DNA of 64,000 nucleotides from Elsinoe ampelina (Eukaryota): the NCBI GenBank assembly GCA_010093995.1, contig ML992506.1:1105109-1169108 (forward strand). The letters run 5' to 3'. The translations under genes and the position numbers were made by a program. This document shows positions 57,327-64,000 of this stretch, one piece after another. The notes under the pieces were generated by a model, which worked only from the letters and a program-made list of their open reading frames with translations, was not told where the DNA came from and did not search any database. Every line of letters begins with the position of its first letter. The stretch's first letter is position 1.

Positions 57327-59268
57327 ATGATGGAGGTCTTACACGACGTCGACCGCCGGCGGGCTGAGTTGGAAACAAACATGGAAAAACTTGAGAAAGC
57401 ACTGAAGCACTGGCAAATGTGGGATGCTGAATATGAAGGGCTGAAGGAAGAGCTGATCGAGATCGAGGATGATATCAGACCTGAGACAATAGTGAGTGTA
57501 GAGCGAAGTGCAATGGATGTGCAATGTAGACTGACATGCTTCAGGAGCGGCTTGCCGATGACTTTGGTGGCGAGCTTCTTACAGTAAAGGGTCAGTAAGC
57601 CGGCGAACGCAGGCTGTTATCTAGCATACTCATGCTCCCTGTAGAAATCCGTGAGCTCGCTGGGCTCGACAAAGGACCAGTCCGAGATCCCAAGTACATT
57701 GTGAATCTCGTGGAGAGACGGCAGGATTGTATCAGCGCCCACAACCCTACATTTGCTTGTGCTGAACTCATCAGATGTTGCTCAGAATATAGGAACCATA
57801 TCGAAGCAAATCGACACTGCTAGGATAGCACTGGTCGAGCTTGAGGATCCGTCCGAATCTTCCACTCGACCAGACACAGGGCTCTCTGTGTCCGAGATTA
57901 TCGAAGAGTTGGACGATGACGATAACGTCATATGTATGCAGCAATCTTGTATGTGGCTGGTTGGTTCTGACAGAAGCAGCAAGCAAAGTTACCAAGCCAG
58001 AAGAAGTCACGGCGAACATTCTCGATACCTTACAAAAAGCAGGTGTCAAAGATCTTCCTGTGGCGAATGCTCCAGAGCCTGTCAAGACCGTTATGGGCCA
58101 CCAAACGGAGGTGGCCAACCCGCAATCATCAGCCAAAGCAGACTCGACTCCACTCAACGGGGCCCGAGACGATGCGGTCAATCGAAACGTTCCCTCGCAA
58201 CCGAGCGTACTGCCAGAAACCGGCAGCGCAGCAACATCTACGAAACCAGTTTCCAACTCGCTTATAGAGGGGTCCTTTAGTCAACACGAACGTGTCATCG
58301 AAATCGATGACGATGACGAATTCATCGGCTCGACGGCGATCATACCAAAGGATGAATCTCCAGAAGACGCTCAGCTCCGCCGAGAGATGCTCAACTATCA
58401 CTTGAACGAAGTCGGCAATGTGGTGGCAGAGATGGACATATTGGAAGGTGACTCGGATGAGGAGTACTACGATGAGCTGCAGGATCTGCAAGATTCTGAT
58501 GGTGTTTCTGAGACGAGCGACATATCGGAAGAGGAAGACGAGCATGGCCGCAGTCTTAGGACAGCAATCACGGCAGACTACAGGAAGCAGATGCAAGATC
58601 TGGAGCGCAAGCTGAACGGTCCAGTCATGGGCAATCTCGGACCTGCTCCAGCTGACGTAGACTTGCCGACTGCCTCTCAGGACCTTGTATCTGCTATGAC
58701 AGACACAAAGCCGGCGCTCAAGTCGTCGACCAAAGCAAAAGAGGGCGGTGCGAAATCGGTACGTTTCGCAGAGAGTCTTGATGTCCAACCCGCCCCTGCA
58801 AAACCAGCTACACAGCTACCGGCCGTTCAATCGAAACCCGCAAACACTCTCGCCGACAATGTCATGGAAAGGTCGTCTACTAGTAAGACTGCCCCCGTCT
58901 CGACCTCAAAGCCAGCAAAGGTATCTCGCTTCAAGCAGACACGGACCGAGGCACCAAGAGAGTCGACACAGCCAGCACAGCCTCCATGCTCGGATACAAT
59001 ATCAAGCACAAAGACCCTATCAGATGCCGTCATTGAACGCCCAGCGACAACATCGAGTCTCCCACCATCAGAACCCGACGACCTCGATCCAGAAATCCAG
59101 CGGCGTCAACTGACGACCGAATACTACCGCCTCCGCAACAACATGATCCAGCAGCAAGGCGGTTTCAAGATGACGGACGAAGACAAAGAAGACCCGTTAA
59201 TGGAAGAAGGGGAAGATGGGCAGGTGAAGAAAGTCAGCCGCTTCAAAGCTGCTAGGTTACAGCGGTAG
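57327..59268 (+). CDS. Bud27/URI-like unconventional prefoldin; about 4 short introns in the 5' part
   Basis: LEKALKHWQMWDAEYEGLKEE prefoldin-like N-terminus, ESPEDAQLRREML, KSVRFA, repeated KVSRFK, YYRLRNNMIQQQGGF. Confidence 0.75.
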
Positions 59269-59904
59269 ATTTGCAAAGGTATAAGACAGTCCTTCAACTC
59301 AGTCTTTCCGGTGTCAGATGTCACGTGGGATGGCGTGAAATTCTAGGACCAAGCACCACTACTTGCCACTGGCAAGGAGCGTGGAGTGATTCGCGGCTAG
59401 CCATCCGCAAAATCATCCTGCTCTGGTCCGAGATCAACCGCGGGCTCTCTGATGCGCTGTGCTTTGTGTCGTAGTCAGTGCTACTAGTTTCACCCGCTAC
59501 ATCTCCTTCTGTCCACCATACTCCATGGTTCCAGCCATGGTACTACTGGCTTTGATCAACGCCCTTAATGATGACGTCTTGACCGAATGCAATTGCGAAA
59601 TGGGGAGTGGTAGACAGCTGGACGACATAGGGTGTAGGCTGCCTTGCGAGCGAAAGAGGCGGATCTGCTCATCCTCGGTGTACCATCCAGTGTTTTGAAT
59701 GTACATTTGATCCATATTCTCCAGTCAAGATAGCCTGATCATCCGGTTGCCAGGCCACTCAAGCCAACCTCTTGCGATGATCATGATGCAGCCTACATGG
59801 CTCTCCTCGTCCACACCTCCAACAGTCCTCGCAAGGCGTACTGTAGCTAATCATTCCACGACGAAGCCCAGTCCTACTTCCGAGACGATGTACTTCCAGA
59901 TGCC

Positions 59905-60844
59905 TCAGCCCCATACCGTAACCCCCCCACCATCCCGCGTTTCCCTTTCCTCCTTACTCTTCCCACCACCCCTCGCCCTCTCCTCCCTACCTTTCCCCAA
60001 CCCCCTCCCACTCCCGCCCCTCATCCCCCCCCTCCTCCCCCTCCTCCCCACACTCCCACCATCCAAATCCCCCCTCACCACAGCAACAGCGACGCAATAA
60101 TCCCCATCGTGACTAACACTCAACTCCACAAACCTGCCCTCCACCTGCACCTCCCCCGGTTCCGCGACCAAGGACCATTCCTCCCCCACAAAACGGGGTT
60201 TCCTGGCCGTAAGGCCCTCGCTCTCCCGATCTCCAGGGGCGAGGGAGTCGTGGACGCTGTGGCGAGCGCGAGGGGAGGCTTCCGAGGCGTCGTCCGTGGG
60301 CGGGGGACCAGAAGAGGGGACAGGGGGGTCAGAGGAGATGGGGTCGGGAGGAAGGGCGCGGGAGTCGAGGATCACGCCGAAAGGGGCGCCGGAGGGTCGG
60401 GTGTAGATCTCGATGTCGCGCATGAAGATCTTGCGCGGGGAGGTTTTGATGGTGGCTTCTTTGGCGGCCCAGCTGGGGGGGTGGTCAGTGGGTTTGTTGG
60501 GATGGGAGGAGGGGGGAGAGGGGATGGTGAGGTAGTGGACATGGTGCGAGTGGGACGAGATGAAGAGTGGTTTATGACGGGGGGTCATAGGGCGAATGAA
60601 GCATGTAGTGGAGATGCAGGATGGAGAGATGGAAGAGGGGACCATACCGTGAGGCTAGGAACTGGTACTTTGTTGGCCCTTCGAGACGGCCGCCGCCTTG
60701 TATCGCGGCTAGCTCTCGAGATGTGAAAATCTTGTTGAGGAAACGGTGGTAGGCTTCGGTGCTGCTGGAGCATATTTGCTTGAGCCTATAGATCTTGATG
60801 ACATCTATGCCAGTCCGGAACGGGAGGAGGCCGCGGAGTGGCAT
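59905..60844 (-). CDS. PPT2: AcpS-type 4'-phosphopantetheinyl transferase (mitochondrial Ppt2-like); intron ~60473-60648
   Basis: GIDVIKI, FLASR|WAAKEATIK, SVSHDGDYCVAVAV. Confidence 0.8.
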
Positions 60845-61129
60845 GATGGTTCGAACGCAAGTCCGAGTGTCAGTGCTATGGAACGAGACAAGAGAATGCC
60901 ATGATGTTCAAGCACTGAGCAGATTTGCCAATTGGGTCTTGATAAGACCGGGCCTTTTTGGGAGATGCTCGAGATGCAGACCCTCGAAGTGTTACGGGTC
61001 AAAAGTGAGTAGAGATCACAACTTCCAGGCGACAGAGTCAGGGAGAAATATCTTAAAGAGTCATGATTACTTTCTGATTTTTGGTGCCCTATCTAACCAA
61101 AATGCACATCCCTTTCCGCCATGGGTATA

Positions 61130-64000
61130 TCACCTCCTCGCCACCCTTCCCAACAACCTCTCCACGAGCCGCTTCACCTCCGTCTCCGTCTCGCCTGCCC
61201 TCGCAATAGATCCCAGTAGCTCCTCCACCGCAGCCACGCCCTCGTCGCCTCCGAAAAGCCTTCTCTCCCCTCTCTTCTCGCTTTCTCGTGCCCAAGCATC
61301 ACACAGTACCGCAATCTCCCCAGCCAGTACTCCCCTCTGCTTGCCTTGGAATGGCACTTCTCCTGCGTGCCACATTCCTTCTAGAGCGCTGAACAAAGCC
61401 TCATATGGCACCTCGGCCTCCACAAATAAATCGACAATCCATCCCCTTGGACCAATGCCTCGTTGATACTCCACTGCGTATCCCTCCAGCATTGGAAGAA
61501 GGATCTGTACTGGAAATACTGCCTCGCTTCCTCTCAAGCGGACGGCCAACGTCCGCACCTTGCTTGCGACAGACTCCCACGGAAGTACCTCTTGACTGTC
61601 CTCGGCTTCTGCGTGTGTCTGCTCGATCAATGCTTGCCATGTAGCTGCAATGTCTGCTGTGTTCCTGTGGTCCGCCACGGCGTAGATGCAAAGGCAGATG
61701 TCGTGGTACCCAGCCTGATCTGCATATTGGTTGAAGAGCTCGCCAATGTCCTTGATCTGACCGTCAAGCTGGCCGAGGACTTGCGGCCGACGTGTTTCTG
61801 AGAGACGTCCATCTGACTTGAAGCGTTGGAGGCAATCGTCTTGGATTTGTGCTACGTTCAAGAGGTCGGAGATTTCCCGGAGTAAAGAGTGTCGGGATTG
61901 CACAGATGAGGAGATCAGGTGATTCGTCGAGCGGATCGAGGCGGATGTCCGGGCACGAGAGAGGTATGAGATGCGGTGTGAAAGAGTCAGAGGGAATCCA
62001 GATTTGGCGAGCTCCAGTTGGACGGAAGCTGCTTCGAGATATGCGGATTGTGCTTGGAAGTACTTCCAGAGAAGGTCGGCAGCATCGAGGGAGTCGTTCA
62101 TCCGCCGACGGAGATAAGCAACAACAAAGGGAGACGAAAGCTCCAGCAGTCGGTCGGCCTGATCATTCGCCAAATACTGATCGAAGAGGACGGTCTGGAA
62201 CACCTCATCTGTTGACTCGTTGATAACGCTGTATGCTTCTTCCCGCCGAGTCATTAGTAACTGTGACGGTCCGTCTTGAGGATGAGCATTCTCGTATGTG
62301 GCGGTATCAACAGCATTGATGACATGGAAGATGAAATCGTAGACTGCTCGTCGCCTATCGAAAGCCTCTTTCCGAGCATCATCTGGAGGCGAGTTCTCCC
62401 GCAACCAATTCAGAGCTCGATTAGCTCGATCCGACTCTTGTGCGACATTTAGACAAAGATGAATGGCGCCTGCATAGAATTGTGAACCAGTGTATTGTTG
62501 CACGGCCCATTGTAGATGCTCCATGGACAGAGCCCCTGCCACTTTCTGGAATAGCCGAAGAGACTCGTTCAGCCAGGCTCGACCTTGCTCCGAATTCGCG
62601 CCAGCCTCGGAAGCACGCTTGACCAGTTCCTGAGCTTTGAAGATGATGACATCGTCAGCGCTACAGAAGCTGCCGCATCGCCTTCGCAGAGCATCAGCAA
62701 CCGTATCGACATTGGCGCCACTTGCTATGTTGCGATTGACAATAGCTTTTACGAGTTCCTTGGCCAGATCCCGAGCTTCAATAGATGAGAAGAGCTGCTC
62801 AAATGTGAGTTGCTTGAGCTTGCCTCTCGATTGCTCGGGCAATGACATGACAATCTCGTCGACCCTTTCGTCGAAGAGGACAAGCACAAAAGCAATACCC
62901 TCGATGATGCTGGAGACGAGTTGCACCATGGAATTCATTGCCCGGTGCTCAGCCTGCAGGGTGACCTCTTCCTGCTTGGTCGAGACTCGGCCTAGAGCTT
63001 CAGGTCCAGCGAGACCTTCGATCGACGTCCGATTCTTCTCCAGGAACTCTTGCAACGCATTCAATGACCTCTGAATGCTCTGTAGCTTCGTCAATGGGAA
63101 TGTTGGGATAACTTGCAAACCTCCAGTGGGTGATGCAGTCTCCATACAGACCGGAGCCTTCCAGATTGAGCGTACGATTCGAGACAAGTATAGCGCAATA
63201 CCCTCATGGCGCGGCGATGTCCGGACATTATCGATAGCCGGTACAGTATTGTCCAGCACAGAGTTCTCGTTGAAAGTCGGCCGACCGCCATGTTGGATGA
63301 ACATCTCTCGTGCAAAATCAATGACTTCTGGCTCCGTGATTTGTGCAATCCGTTCGTCATTGGTCACGTCCGAACCCTGCCCGCAAGCTACAGCAAGAGC
63401 AGATGCGGCGGACTCCGATCGTCCATAGAGTCGAATGAACTTCTTCATTTCACCTTCGCGGCCGTCATTGTCGCCACCGTACCGTACTGCTGCGGCCAGA
63501 ATGTCTACAAGCCTCCTCCGCCGAATAGTGTGCACTCCACTGCTGCTTAATATGGCGATCTCTGTGGCTGAAGCATCGAACTGCACGGCAAGCTCATTGG
63601 CAAATCCTAGTGGTGCTTTCGCGGCCCCAAAGGGAGGTGTCGCTCTGCCAAAGTCCTGCACTGGCATGCCGAGCTGAATGTACTGCGCGGTCTCCGGGTA
63701 TTTGGTCGGTTGTGACGGGTCCTTGGGCATTTTGATTTGTCCGGAATCTGGCGCACACAAGAAAAGTCGTTGCTGCTGCGTGTCTGGTGGATATCTCGCT
63801 ACCAGAAGGGAGAAACCAGGTGGGTACCTAGTTCCCATAGTCGTTGGCGTCAGCACGCGCGTGTTCAGATCGACTGCAGCGTTGTTCGCTTGATAGCCTC
63901 CGAGAGAGCCTTGTTGCTGCGCTTGGCCTTCTGAAGAACCAGCTGGATCCTTTGGTGGAAATTTGACATGGTGGACCTGCATGCTCGACGGCGCGCTGGA
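61130..64000 (-). CDS. NUP170: Nucleoporin Nup170/Nup155, 3' part; the gene continues beyond the window
   Basis: SPRHEGIALY, LRRRCGSFCSADD, FYAGAIHLCL, RISYLSRA, ELFNQYAD. Confidence 0.88.
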   Translation of the reverse strand, partial: SSAPSSMQVHHVKFPPKDPAGSSEGQAQQQGSLGGYQANNAAVDLNTRVLTPTTMGTRYPPGFSLLVARYPPDTQQQRLFLCAPDSGQIKMPKDPSQPTKYPETAQYIQLGMPVQDFGRATPPFGAAKAPLGFANELAVQFDASATEIAILSSSGVHTIRRRRLVDILAAAVRYGGDNDGREGEMKKFIRLYGRSESAASALAVACGQGSDVTNDERIAQITEPEVIDFAREMFIQHGGRPTFNENSVLDNTVPAIDNVRTSPRHEGIALYLSRIVRSIWKAPVCMETASPTGGLQVIPTFPLTKLQSIQRSLNALQEFLEKNRTSIEGLAGPEALGRVSTKQEEVTLQAEHRAMNSMVQLVSSIIEGIAFVLVLFDERVDEIVMSLPEQSRGKLKQLTFEQLFSSIEARDLAKELVKAIVNRNIASGANVDTVADALRRRCGSFCSADDVIIFKAQELVKRASEAGANSEQGRAWLNESLRLFQKVAGALSMEHLQWAVQQYTGSQFYAGAIHLCLNVAQESDRANRALNWLRENSPPDDARKEAFDRRRAVYDFIFHVINAVDTATYENAHPQDGPSQLLMTRREEAYSVINESTDEVFQTVLFDQYLANDQADRLLELSSPFVVAYLRRRMNDSLDAADLLWKYFQAQSAYLEAASVQLELAKSGFPLTLSHRISYLSRARTSASIRSTNHLISSSVQSRHSLLREISDLLNVAQIQDDCLQRFKSDGRLSETRRPQVLGQLDGQIKDIGELFNQYADQAGYHDICLCIYAVADHRNTADIAATWQALIEQTHAEAEDSQEVLPWESVASKVRTLAVRLRGSEAVFPVQILLPMLEGYAVEYQRGIGPRGWIVDLFVEAEVPYEALFSALEGMWHAGEVPFQGKQRGVLAGEIAVLCDAWARESEKRGERRLFGGDEGVAAVEELLGSIARAGETETEVKRLVERLLGRVARR

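Noticed and set aside
6362..60844. CAB4 and PPT2 as a CoA/phosphopantetheine gene cluster
   Set aside because: They are more than 50 kb apart with unrelated housekeeping genes between them, so co-occurrence is probably chance.

Overview
Gene-dense window from a filamentous ascomycete (Pezizomycotina-type genes, ~50-nt GT..CTRAC..YAG introns, heavy RIP). It holds about 19 protein genes, mostly housekeeping (LSM/Mak31, DCAF7-like WD40, CAB4, STE6-like ABC exporter, PBDC1-like, EFR3, FHA-forkhead factor, CUZ1-like, IKS1, TFB3, BUD27-like, PPT2, partial NUP170). Accessory genes are a frameshifted PNP_UDP-NB-ARC-TPR NLR, a GH11 xylanase and a 1276-aa orphan secreted Cys/His-rich protein. Two RIP-destroyed copies of one Copia family sit just upstream of housekeeping genes. 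The second copy (45011-57199, TSD TGACT) carries a nested Ty3 chromovirus (TSD CTACT), and three copies of a 434-bp foldback hAT-type MITE are inserted in the two Copia copies. The standout observation is a tRNA-Pro(CGG) gene at 35424-35583 split by two introns of different classes: a 50-nt spliceosomal-type intron (GTAAGC..CTAAC..TAG) between tRNA positions 10 and 11, and a canonical 38-nt anticodon-loop intron. Removing both gives a 72-nt cloverleaf. A three-intron antisense gene with a Zn-cluster-like Cys pattern can also be reconstructed by de-RIPing the 3' region of the Ty3 element. All calls were made by eye without database searches.
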